Below are positions 31,502 to 41,245 of a stretch of DNA of 64,000 nt, in pieces. Both the position numbers and the translations under genes were made by a program. The number at the start of each line of letters is the position of its first letter. Within the stretch, counting starts at the first letter, position 1. The notes under the pieces are model-generated. The model was given only the letters and a program-made list of their open reading frames with translations, did no database searches and was not told the DNA's origin. Source of the DNA: an uncultured Methanosarcinaceae archaeon (lineage in GTDB: Archaea; Halobacteriota; Methanosarcinia; Methanosarcinales; Methanosarcinaceae); contig CAWJYV010000007.1 in NCBI GenBank assembly GCA_963847185.1, positions 512,001-576,000 on the forward strand, written 5' to 3'.

Positions 31502-32740
31502 TCAGTCCTGAAGTTCTGCTTTGCAGACTCTGTCAACTTGTTTCGCAACGCTGTACCAGCTGTAATTTTCAGTAACATAACTTAAACCTTTTGAACCCAT
31601 TTTCTTACTTAATTCAGAATTTTCAAGCAGTTTTAAGATAGCTTCTGCAAGCTCACCAGGATTTTCCGGAAGGACAGGGATGCCTCCCTCGGAAGCTTCA
31701 AGTGCATCTGAAACACCGCTTATATTGCTTGCAACAACTGGTTTTCCGCAGGCCATGTACTCATATAGTTTTAAAGGAGATAAGCCAATCTTTGCATTTC
31801 TGGCAAATATGAAGGGGGCAACACAGGCATCGCTTGCGTTAATGTAGCGAGGTACTCGCTCGTAAGCAACTACACCTGTAAAAATGAACCTTTTTTCAAC
31901 TCCAAGTTCTTTCGAGATATTAATAAGTTCATTTTTCATTATCCCATCTCCAACAATCAGAAAATAGCATTCTGGAAATCGGGAAAGTACGGACGGAGCT
32001 GCCTTTACCAGATACTCAACCCCCTGCCAGGGAGCAAGGTTTCCCACAAAACACACATATGGAACTCCAGGGTTAAGATTCAGTTCTTTTCTGCAGGCCT
32101 CCTGTTCCAGTGGTTTAAACAGGGAAGTATTTGCCCCATTGGAAACTACAACTATTTTTTCTCCTGGAATATTGTAAAGATTCTCCAGACTTGATTTTAT
32201 TCCAGGGGTTACAGCAATTATTCGGTCCGAAAAACTCAAAGCTTTCTTGAGGACAAATAGTTTTAATCTGGCATGTGCAGAGAAGTATTGTTTTGAAAGT
32301 ATTCTTGGGAGTGAAATGCCCGTATTTTTTCCTGGATTATAACATTTACCTTCTTCGCACTTTTTCTCGAGGTTTTTTTCATCCTGCGAAATCCCATTTA
32401 ATTCATAAACCATCTTTTTGTATCTGCTTTTTCCAAAGATTCCCACAAGGAAGCCAAAGTTAGGATTGCGGGTATATACAACATCAAAAGTTTCTGAGTT
32501 CAAAAGACTTATAAGATTTCTAAAATAGTTGACAGTAAGAGTAAATAGGCTTCCAGGTGGGACGTAACGGCAGTGGATATTAGCAATGTTTGAAAGACAG
32601 GCCCTATCAGTGGTAAATATATGAATCTCGTTATCCAGTCGGGCCAGGTTGCTTACAAGCTCGTACCTGTGAATAAGAGACCCATCTGCTAGAGAAAGTG
32701 GCCATACCATATCCAGAAAAAGCAACTTCAAAAATATCAC
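31502..32740 (-). CDS. Glycosyltransferase family 4
   Basis: SNGAN, FVGNLAPWQG, SPLKLYEYMACGKPVVAS. Confidence 0.9.
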   Translation of the reverse strand: MIFLKLLFLDMVWPLSLADGSLIHRYELVSNLARLDNEIHIFTTDRACLSNIANIHCRYVPPGSLFTLTVNYFRNLISLLNSETFDVVYTRNPNFGFLVGIFGKSRYKKMVYELNGISQDEKNLEKKCEEGKCYNPGKNTGISLPRILSKQYFSAHARLKLFVLKKALSFSDRIIAVTPGIKSSLENLYNIPGEKIVVVSNGANTSLFKPLEQEACRKELNLNPGVPYVCFVGNLAPWQGVEYLVKAAPSVLSRFPECYFLIVGDGIMKNELINISKELGVEKRFIFTGVVAYERVPRYINASDACVAPFIFARNAKIGLSPLKLYEYMACGKPVVASNISGVSDALEASEGGIPVLPENPGELAEAILKLLENSELSKKMGSKGLSYVTENYSWYSVAKQVDRVCKAELQD

Positions 32741-32776
32741 CTTTTAGATACTGTTTTTTAGAATATTTTATAAGTT

Positions 32777-33676
32777 TCAATGCTCTCTTTTGTGTGCATT
32801 TCCTGTATTCCGGCCAAAGGTTCCCGTAATCCTGGAATATATTCCTGAAAGACCCTGATTTTTGTAGTAAGCTCTTATTTCAGGGTCAGAAATTTTTTTC
32901 TCCTTTTTGATAGCCGATCCGATATATCCGCAGCAGTATGCAGCTCCTGTATAGAAAGGAGGTTTTACAGTGTAGTAAAGTACATTTCCCAGGGCAACCA
33001 AAGGGTTTTTGCCAAGATAATATGCCATCCATCCATTTTTGATATATCCATGCCAGAGTCCATTAGCTGCACTTGTTTGACGTTTCTGGATCTGGATAGC
33101 ATCGGGATATTGCATGAGTTTCCAGCCTCGAAGTAGGGCCTTTATATTGGAAATGGAATCAGGAGACGGCTCAATCTGGTACCCCCCAGTCTCAATGAAA
33201 CACTCTTTTTTCCAGAGTCTTCCGGTCCCACGAGGAAGGTTTTTATCTGTCATTTCCCTGGAAAGTTTCCCTCCGGTATCATAATAAACTCCTCCGCTTA
33301 CAACTCCGAGGGTATCGTCCTTTTCAAACTCAATTAGAAGTTTTTCGAAGTAGTTTTCTTCCAGCACCGTATCCGCATCAAGAAGGCCTATACATTCGAA
33401 TTCTATTTTATTTTCCCTGCAGTACTCAAGAACATAATCAAATCCCTGTTTGCAGACATAGCTGTAGTGAAAGGTAATGTCTCGTGGCTTGGGAGGGAGT
33501 CTTATACTCTGAATCCATGAGTTACTGGCCTTGAGATTTTCTATGATTTGTGGAGTCTCATCCGTACTCCCATCATCAACTATTATCCATAGAATCGGTT
33601 TTACTTTCTGTCCTGTTACAGACTTTGAAACATCAGGCAGATTCTCTTCTTCGTTTCTTGCAGGCGTAACCAGCAC
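32777..33676 (-). CDS. Glycosyltransferase family 2
   Basis: VTPARNEE, VDDGSTD, LDAD; the true start may lie a few codons upstream. Confidence 0.88.
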   Translation of the reverse strand: MLVTPARNEEENLPDVSKSVTGQKVKPILWIIVDDGSTDETPQIIENLKASNSWIQSIRLPPKPRDITFHYSYVCKQGFDYVLEYCRENKIEFECIGLLDADTVLEENYFEKLLIEFEKDDTLGVVSGGVYYDTGGKLSREMTDKNLPRGTGRLWKKECFIETGGYQIEPSPDSISNIKALLRGWKLMQYPDAIQIQKRQTSAANGLWHGYIKNGWMAYYLGKNPLVALGNVLYYTVKPPFYTGAAYCCGYIGSAIKKEKKISDPEIRAYYKNQGLSGIYSRITGTFGRNTGNAHKREH

Positions 33677-33692
33677 GTATTTTCCCTTTAGT

Positions 33693-34745
33693 TCAGGATC
33701 TATCTTCCCACCACCTGTAAATTTCTTCCCCGCTTGTTATCCAGGCCCCTTTCCCGGAACAATATTGCAGCGCCTTTTCATATAGTTTTACCCAATCCTT
33801 TCGGAAACTGCAGCTGAAAACAAAATTATGCCATAGCAGGGTAATGACACCGTTAAGTCTTGATGTTGTATCTATCAGATTTTTTGTGTACTCCCAGGCT
33901 TCCTCAAAAGATTTTGAAGTCGCAAAAAGAGCAACATCCATAATGACAAGTGGAATTTCGAGAATTTCTATCTCTCTATCTTGGTTCAGGTTATATGGTT
34001 TGAAAGGGTGACACATGCCGTTTCTGAATCCAACTGATCTACTGTACCCGAAAGTGGAATCATATTTGAAGCCGGCATTTTCAAGTATTTCCCAGGAGTC
34101 GGGAGTTTTGAATCTCAGGTAATGATTGCGAAAACCCAGAACTTTATTCCCCAGAGCATTCTCCAATCTTTTTTTTTCGTTTTTTATTGCTTCCAGGTTA
34201 TCATATGAATAGTAGCCTCCGTGAAGCCCAACTTCCCATCCTCTGTCTGAAACCTCCCCTAAATTGTGTCCTATATCCTCTACATTGTACCTGAATCTCA
34301 TGGGGTCGGTTTCTGCAGTTATAAAGTAAAAAGAGGACTTTGCTCCATAGTTTGCCTCAAGATCCATAATTTCTGCAAGGTTAATGTAAGGGGAGTGTTC
34401 CTTTCCTCTTAGCTTCCAGAGTAATTGGGCTGCAGAACCCTGGAAATCCAGACCCTTCAGACAATGGGCTGAGGAAAGTAAGCTGTGGGAAAGAGGTGGG
34501 TAAATGTCATCCACATCATGGGTCAAACAAACTGCAAAGGTTTTGTTTTCCGGGAATTCAACCTCCATCCCCTCATGTTCTGTCAGGTATTTGGAAACTG
34601 CGGGTTCAAAGGCTCTTTTGAGGTCGCTGTCAGCACAGAGGAAACGGTCGTGTTCATCCAGCTTTTCAGGTGAATATTCCTCTTTTCGAGTGAATAAATC
34701 CCATATTTCCTGGTTTTGCTTCAAAAGCTCATGCATAAGTCTCAT
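33693..34745 (-). CDS. Polysaccharide deacetylase family protein
   Basis: LTHDVD, EVGLHG, GFRNHYLR, YDST, LLWH. Confidence 0.85.
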   Translation of the reverse strand: MRLMHELLKQNQEIWDLFTRKEEYSPEKLDEHDRFLCADSDLKRAFEPAVSKYLTEHEGMEVEFPENKTFAVCLTHDVDDIYPPLSHSLLSSAHCLKGLDFQGSAAQLLWKLRGKEHSPYINLAEIMDLEANYGAKSSFYFITAETDPMRFRYNVEDIGHNLGEVSDRGWEVGLHGGYYSYDNLEAIKNEKKRLENALGNKVLGFRNHYLRFKTPDSWEILENAGFKYDSTFGYSRSVGFRNGMCHPFKPYNLNQDREIEILEIPLVIMDVALFATSKSFEEAWEYTKNLIDTTSRLNGVITLLWHNFVFSCSFRKDWVKLYEKALQYCSGKGAWITSGEEIYRWWEDRS

Positions 34746-35802
34746 CCGAAACCAAAGGTAATGAAACTCCAGATTTCTTCTTAGGAAGGCTTTCTATAAG
34801 CTTAACCATAAAGTCCGTCACATCGATCTTGTCCCTGAGAAGAGCAGATCTTTTTAAGCCCCATGTTTTTTTAAGTTCCGGATCTTTGAGAAGTTCTATG
34901 GCTTTTGTGAGGGCAACTTCTGAATCACTGTAATTAAAGAGCAAGCCATATTTATCTTCAAGTTCCGAAAAATTCCCCATAGTTCCTGCAAGACTAGAAA
35001 TATAGATCGAAGGAGTTCCCAGAAGTGCGCTTTCAACAGCCATAGTTGCCCCTTCGCCAACGTACAGGGTAGCATAGTTAAGCACATGGTGAATTTTTTC
35101 AGATGAAATCCGAATTCTATATTTCTCAAATTTTTCTTCCAGTGGCCCTTCTGAAGTGATAAATACTTTTCCGAATTTTTCAAGTTCCTGAACAAGCGCC
35201 AGTTTATTTTCAATTCCATGCTGTCCTACATCATGGTGTGCTCCCCATGAAACAAAGCGCAGGATTACAAAAGGTTCTCCTACGTTTACTCCAAGCTCTT
35301 TGAGAACTTCAGGACGTGGAGTAAAATATGATGGGTGAAGATAAGCCAGCTCATGGTAGCCACTATACCTTATCTGCTTTTTTCCTTCATCCTTTAGATA
35401 ACATGAAGGAGTACATATTATATTACAGAAAGGATAGGTTATTTTCTGAGCTATCACTGCATGTTCGGTGTCGTTAAATATTATTGATTTTTTCCGCAAC
35501 ATCCAGGATATCTGAGCTGCAGTTGGAGAAAGAATACCCATAAGAACATCAGGGTCAAATTGTCTTGCGATTTTAAGAAGTTTGTATTCCCGTATAAACC
35601 ATTCTTCAAACAAATGGATTTTTCCCGGCTTTACTTTGCTTAAAACTGTATGTGGTATTTTATAGGCATCCAGTAGTTCTACAACTACGTCTTTATCCCG
35701 CGAGACCACCATTACTTTATGTCCTTTTTTTTCCAGATTCCAGATAGTGTTTTTAAAAAAATGAACATGGGCTGGATGCCCTATATCAATAAGGACTCTC
35801 AA
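34729..35802 (-). CDS. DUF354-family GT-B-like protein
   Basis: IDIGHPAHVHFFK, DTEHA, GYHELAYLHP, GATMAVESALLGTP; TTG start after GGGGAGTG. Confidence 0.78.
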   Translation of the reverse strand: MRVLIDIGHPAHVHFFKNTIWNLEKKGHKVMVVSRDKDVVVELLDAYKIPHTVLSKVKPGKIHLFEEWFIREYKLLKIARQFDPDVLMGILSPTAAQISWMLRKKSIIFNDTEHAVIAQKITYPFCNIICTPSCYLKDEGKKQIRYSGYHELAYLHPSYFTPRPEVLKELGVNVGEPFVILRFVSWGAHHDVGQHGIENKLALVQELEKFGKVFITSEGPLEEKFEKYRIRISSEKIHHVLNYATLYVGEGATMAVESALLGTPSIYISSLAGTMGNFSELEDKYGLLFNYSDSEVALTKAIELLKDPELKKTWGLKRSALLRDKIDVTDFMVKLIESLPKKKSGVSLPLVSDETYA

Positions 35803-36382
35803 TATATTCACTCCCCTATTTATTCTAATATAATTATAATACATCAAGAGAGATAAACAGTATGCTGATATGAAAATGCTCCAGCCAGCTGAAGGTTAAA
35901 TCCCAGCCTCAAAAGCCTATATGAAGGCTTACGAGAGAAGGTAGTACCAATGAATAGGGAATCTTTCTGCCCTTCTTTTTAGGGTATACAATCGACTCCT
36001 GTTTTTCCTTCAAACTGGTTCCGACCATTAACTTTCAGAAAATCTTTTTTCATCTCCCTCTGACCTACAACAGGCAGTAACTATTCAGGTCCCGCGGCTA
36101 GGCCGCCCCCCATAGTATCATTCTCTTGAAGCTTAAATTTTCACTTCAGATAATGCTACTTACTATTACAATTATGATAAGATGATAAATTATTCAAGAA
36201 TAAATACTTATCGGAATGAAGTTTCTTAATTGATATTTATAATATCTTTTGTATTGTGAATTTACAGGGCATTTTAGGGTTTTAATCTGAAAAATATTCG
36301 TTATTATCTCTTTTATATTTTTTTCGTAACTTAATTAATAATTATATAAAAAAATTTGTAAAATCTAAAAAATTTGCAATTA

Positions 36383-36673
36383 TTATGGAGTCAACTGTGC
36401 TAACATTATACTAAACCCTACCACAAAGAAGTTTGCAATAAAACATATTAATAAAGGATAGATTCCCATATCCATAGAATCTATTGATAGATGATCTTTT
36501 CTCGCAGATACAAGTATCATTTCCTTCATCCCGACTAAAGCGATAAGTCCGATGGCAATAATCTGATAATATACAGGTATTCCATAATCTGTGTAGAGGA
36601 AACATATCCCAGAACCTGGAAAAGAACTTCCTGTCACAAATCCTTCAGCATCTATTGAAAACATTGATAACAT
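36383..36673 (-). CDS. Small two-TM membrane protein (paralogue of 59440-59736)
   Basis: 96 aa, GGGGGA RBS; shares IPV...VS...S[LM][DN]MGIxPLLxxF with the other copy. Confidence 0.65.
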   Translation of the reverse strand: MLSMFSIDAEGFVTGSSFPGSGICFLYTDYGIPVYYQIIAIGLIALVGMKEMILVSARKDHLSIDSMDMGIYPLLICFIANFFVVGFSIMLAQLTP

Positions 36674-36931
36674 TACAAATCCCCCAAAATCTCTGTAAAG
36701 GAGTTTGTCAGAACATATACTAAATCCTGATTGTAGTAAGTATTAGCAATTAAACTATTAGTAAATATAGACAGTTAAACTATTTAAATATATAAATTGA
36801 GATGAAAGAGTCAAATATAAGAAACCAGAAGAATTATCAGTTTCATGTTATTAGAGCTTGTAATAACTCATCAAAAAATAAATATAAATTGTATTGATTT
36901 TCTCTGTAAATCCAGAAAAGAGGTTTAATCT

Positions 36932-38215
36932 ATGAAAGTTTCCGTAATAGGTTCAGGATACGTGGGGTCAGTCACAGCGGCATGCTTTGCAGAAATAGGG
37001 CATGAAGTTGTCTGTGTAGATATTGACAGAAAAAAAATGGAGCAGATAAACGCAGGTATTCCTCCTATATATGAAGAAGGACTTGGGGAACTTTTGCTAA
37101 AATATGCGGGAAAGAGGCTTATTGCAACTGATGATTATGAATTTGCAGTTATGGAAACAGATCTTTCTTTTATCTGTGTGGGTACTCCCTCAGCTGAAGA
37201 CGGAAGTATAGATCTCTCAATTGTCCGAGCAGCTGCAACAAGTATTGGGAAAGTCCTTGCAAAGAAAAAAGGGTACCATGTAGTAGTCGTAAAAAGTACA
37301 GTTGTACCCGAAACAACAGAAAAGTTTGTACTTCCTATTCTTGAAGAAGCATCAGGAAAAAAAGCTGGAAAGGATTTCGGAGTTGCAATGAATCCTGAGT
37401 TCCTCAGAGAAGGAAAAGCTGTCCACGATTTCATGCACCCTGACAAAATCGTTGTGGGGGCAATAGACCGAAAATCAGGAGACCTTGTATCAGAACTTTA
37501 TCGGACCTTTGAATGTGAAGTTACCCGTACGAATCCAGCAACAGCAGAAATGATCAAGTATGCAAACAATTCCCTGCTTGCAACCAAGATCTCTTTTGCC
37601 AATGAAATCGGAAATATTTGTAAAAAGCTTGGAATAGACACCTATGAGGTTATGGAAGCCGTAGGTAAGGATTTCAGAATATCTCCAAGGTTTTTAAATT
37701 CCGGAGCAGGCTTTGGAGGGTCCTGTTTCCCAAAAGATGTAAAAGCCCTTATAGGGAAGGCAAAAACGATAGGATATTCGCCTGTGCTTCTGGAATCCGT
37801 AATCGCTGTAAATGAAAAACAACCACTTCTGATGATCGAAATTCTTCAGAGGAAAATAGGAGATCTTAATGGCAAAAAGATTGCAGTCCTCGGCCTTGCC
37901 TTTAAAAATGAGACCGATGATATAAGAGAATCCAGAGCTATCCCTGTCATTGCTGAACTCCTGAGGCTTGGGGCAAAGATTTCAGCCTATGATCCTATGG
38001 CAATAGAGAACATGAAAAGAATCTTTCCGACAATAGAATACTATGGAAAGGCTGAAGATGCACTTAAGGATGCTGATGCCTGCCTTATAATGACAGAATG
38101 GGATGAATTCAGGCGGCTTGAGTCTGAATTTGAGAACATGAAGAAAAAGATTGTAATTGATGGAAGAAGGGTAATTAACGCGAAAAAAATAGATTATGAA
38201 GGGCTCTGCTGGTAA
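36932..38215 (+). CDS. ugd: UDP-glucose 6-dehydrogenase
   Basis: GSGYVG, KSTV, NPEFLREG, GFGGSCFPKD. Confidence 0.92.
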   Translation: MKVSVIGSGYVGSVTAACFAEIGHEVVCVDIDRKKMEQINAGIPPIYEEGLGELLLKYAGKRLIATDDYEFAVMETDLSFICVGTPSAEDGSIDLSIVRAAATSIGKVLAKKKGYHVVVVKSTVVPETTEKFVLPILEEASGKKAGKDFGVAMNPEFLREGKAVHDFMHPDKIVVGAIDRKSGDLVSELYRTFECEVTRTNPATAEMIKYANNSLLATKISFANEIGNICKKLGIDTYEVMEAVGKDFRISPRFLNSGAGFGGSCFPKDVKALIGKAKTIGYSPVLLESVIAVNEKQPLLMIEILQRKIGDLNGKKIAVLGLAFKNETDDIRESRAIPVIAELLRLGAKISAYDPMAIENMKRIFPTIEYYGKAEDALKDADACLIMTEWDEFRRLESEFENMKKKIVIDGRRVINAKKIDYEGLCW

Positions 38216-38313
38216 AACCGGCAGAAATTGCCTTCTTTTATGTTCCGTACTATTATGATCTGTAATTCGACTACAAGTCTGATTATAGTCTGATTATCCT
38301 TATTTTCAAGGAT

Positions 38314-39201
38314 TTACTCATCTTTAGTCTTTTTTTCCGTAGCCGTAATTTCTCTCAAGTACTCAAGTACATCTTCCTTCAAGTTTTCATTTTCAAGGGC
38401 AAAGTCTACTATGGCCTTTACATACCCTAGCCTGTCTCCGGTATCAAATCTCTTTCCTTTGAACCTGCAGGCATAGATCATCTGAGATTTGTTGAGAACC
38501 CTGATCCCGTCTGTAAGCTGAATTTCACTTCCAACCCCTGTACCTGCATCCTTTATGCAGTCAAAAATTTCAGGGGTGAAAACATAACGCCCAATTGCCC
38601 CTATATTAGACGGAGCAACTTCAGGTGACGGTTTCTCAACGATATCTTCAAGTACGTAAAGAGAGTCATCAATAGGCCTACCTTTTATTATCCCGTAACT
38701 GCTCAGTTTTTCGTAAGGTACTTCCTCTACTGCGAGAGTAGATCTTCCATATTTTTGAAAGTTCTCAATTAGCTGGGCGGTACAGGGTTTGTCATTTACT
38801 ATTATGTCATCTCCAAGGAGCACGGCAAAAGGCTCGTCTCCAATATGCTTTTCTGCTCTAAGAACTGCGTCCCCAAGTCCATTTGGCTCCTTCTGACGGA
38901 TATAATGAATATCCACAAGAGAAGAAATATCCCGCACCAGTTTAAGAAGTTCGGTGTTGTGCTTTTTTGCGAGATACATCTCAAGTTCAGGGGAATCGTC
39001 AAAATAGTCCTCAATTGCCCTTTTGCCCCGGCCTGTGATAATGATAATATCTTCGATCCCTGAAGCAATAGCCTCTTCTACAACGTACTGGATAACAGGT
39101 GTATCAATGATAGGAAGCATTTCCTTTGGCATTGATTTGGTGGCAGGCAGGAAGCGAGTTCCAAGGCCAGCCGCCGGAATAAGTGCTTTTTTGATGGTCA
39201 A
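38314..39201 (-). CDS. galU: UTP--glucose-1-phosphate uridylyltransferase
   Basis: PAAGLGTRFLPATKSMPKEMLP, VEKP. Confidence 0.94.
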   Translation of the reverse strand: MTIKKALIPAAGLGTRFLPATKSMPKEMLPIIDTPVIQYVVEEAIASGIEDIIIITGRGKRAIEDYFDDSPELEMYLAKKHNTELLKLVRDISSLVDIHYIRQKEPNGLGDAVLRAEKHIGDEPFAVLLGDDIIVNDKPCTAQLIENFQKYGRSTLAVEEVPYEKLSSYGIIKGRPIDDSLYVLEDIVEKPSPEVAPSNIGAIGRYVFTPEIFDCIKDAGTGVGSEIQLTDGIRVLNKSQMIYACRFKGKRFDTGDRLGYVKAIVDFALENENLKEDVLEYLREITATEKKTKDE

Positions 39202-39394
39202 ACTAAACTCTCCGGAAAGGAAATTCTATAAGAACGATTCTTGCAATGACTTTAAGTATTTTTCACTCACGTCTTTAATATTTCCCTTATATTTTTTCCC
39301 AGCCTGACCTGAAGTGGGGCAAAAGTGTTTTTCTAACTACCAGGGAACAGTGTAAGATATTAATAAGGAAAGATAGATTATTGAAGGATTTTCC

Positions 39395-40345
39395 ATGCCT
39401 GCAAAGAATAAAATACTTGTGACAGGGGGAGCCGGCTTTATAGGGAGCCACCTGGTAGACCGGCTTATCTCAAAAGGAAACAGGGTTACCATCTTTGATA
39501 ACCTGAGTTCGGGAAAAATGGAGTTTATAAAGCATCATTTTGAAAATCCTGACTTCACGCTGATAAAAGCAGATCTTCTTGATCAGGATGCAATAGAGAG
39601 AGCTTGCAAAGATATCAACAGCGTTTACCATGTAGCTGCAAATCCGGATGTCAGGCTTGGGACCTCAGATACAAGAGTTCATTTTGATCAGAATATTCTG
39701 GCAACTTATAATCTTCTGGAAGCCATAAGAAAAAACGATGTTAAAGAGATCGTATTCACCTCAACTTCTACAATTTATGGGGAAGCATCAATTATACCTA
39801 CTCCTGAAGATTACGGTCCTCTTATTCCCATATCCCTCTATGGAGCTTCCAAATTGGCCTGTGAAGCTCTTATTACCTCATACTCTCATACCTTTGACAT
39901 AACCGCATGGATTTTCCGTTTTGCAAATATTGTCGGTCCTCGCAGCACTCATGGAATTACTGTAGACTTTATCAACAAGCTGCGGGATAATTCTGCCCAG
40001 CTGGAGATTCTTGGTGACGGTAAGCAGGAAAAGTCCTACCTTCATGTATCGGAATGTGTTGATGCGATACTGTTTACAGTGGAAAATAGCAAAGAAGACG
40101 TAAATATTTTCAATATTGGCTCAGAGGACACTATAAGCGCCACTGGAATAGGAAAAGCTGTCGTGGAAGAGATGATACTTTCTAATGTCAGTTTTGTCTA
40201 TACCGGAGGGAGCAGAGGCTGGAAAGGGGATGTCCCAAAAATGAGGCTAGATGTTGAAAAATTAAAGAAATTAGGTTGGAAGCCTGCCTATACATCAGAG
40301 AGAAGCGTGAGGGAAACAGCTAGATCCTTGCTTGGGAGAAATTAA
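39395..40345 (+). CDS. NAD-dependent sugar epimerase (GalE-like SDR)
   Basis: TGGAGFIGS, YGASK. Confidence 0.88.
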   Translation: MPAKNKILVTGGAGFIGSHLVDRLISKGNRVTIFDNLSSGKMEFIKHHFENPDFTLIKADLLDQDAIERACKDINSVYHVAANPDVRLGTSDTRVHFDQNILATYNLLEAIRKNDVKEIVFTSTSTIYGEASIIPTPEDYGPLIPISLYGASKLACEALITSYSHTFDITAWIFRFANIVGPRSTHGITVDFINKLRDNSAQLEILGDGKQEKSYLHVSECVDAILFTVENSKEDVNIFNIGSEDTISATGIGKAVVEEMILSNVSFVYTGGSRGWKGDVPKMRLDVEKLKKLGWKPAYTSERSVRETARSLLGRN

Positions 40346-40402
40346 TTAGAAAACTTCGCTAGATATTATTTCTTTCTCTCACTAATTTAAAAATTCTGAA
40401 AA

Positions 40403-41005
40403 TTATTGATTTTTTTTTAGGGAATTATTTAAGATTTCTGTTGCTCTTGCAACTAATTTTTCAGAACCTTTATCATTTATTTTTTTAGCTGGAATCCCCG
40501 CAATCCCTATATTTGGTTCTGTAAATGACTTATTTACAACTGAATTAGCTCCTATAGCTATTCCATCTGCAATCTCTATATCGCCAAATATTTTAGCTCC
40601 AGGTCCGATGTAAACATTATTTCCTATTCTTGGTGTCACATCTCCATATCCAGCTTTAGTTCCGATGACAGTGCATACATGTATCCTGCAATTCGCACCT
40701 ATTCTTGCACTTCCGTTGACAACAATCGTACCTGGATGACTTATGGATAAGCCCGGGCCAAAAACATTTGGCTTAATATGAAAACCAAGAAATAGACTTA
40801 ATAAATAAAATTTTAGATAAAGGTAGTAATAGTAAGGGCGGTAGAAGACAGAATTTTTACAATTTTTATAGTATTCAACTTTTCTTAATAATCTCTGAAA
40901 TACCCATACTTCATCAAAAAAAAACATCGGTTTTTTACTTTTTTTACCTAAGGCTATTCTGTCTGCTTCTAGATAATACTTATAGTCCTGTTTCGACTTT
41001 ATCAT
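40403..41005 (-). CDS. Hexapeptide-repeat O-acetyltransferase (CysE/WcaB-like)
   Basis: GPGLSISHPG, IGNNVYIGPGAKI, IGANSVV. Confidence 0.82.
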   Translation of the reverse strand: MIKSKQDYKYYLEADRIALGKKSKKPMFFFDEVWVFQRLLRKVEYYKNCKNSVFYRPYYYYLYLKFYLLSLFLGFHIKPNVFGPGLSISHPGTIVVNGSARIGANCRIHVCTVIGTKAGYGDVTPRIGNNVYIGPGAKIFGDIEIADGIAIGANSVVNKSFTEPNIGIAGIPAKKINDKGSEKLVARATEILNNSLKKNQ

Positions 41006-41245
41006 AAAATATTCCCAGGTTACAAAATTTTAATTTTTAGTCAATATCAGGTTTAATAATGAATTTTATTGGTCAATTTTTGTAAAAGAAATCTATTTCC
41101 TTAATACATTCAGATTTTTATAACATTTTCTGTTTACTAATTAATTTTTGGAAGTCTTTATCCTTATAAATATAACTTTTAATATGGTTACTTGTTTAAA
41201 TTTTTATTTTAAAAATAGATTCTCATGCAGTATGCTAAATTATAA

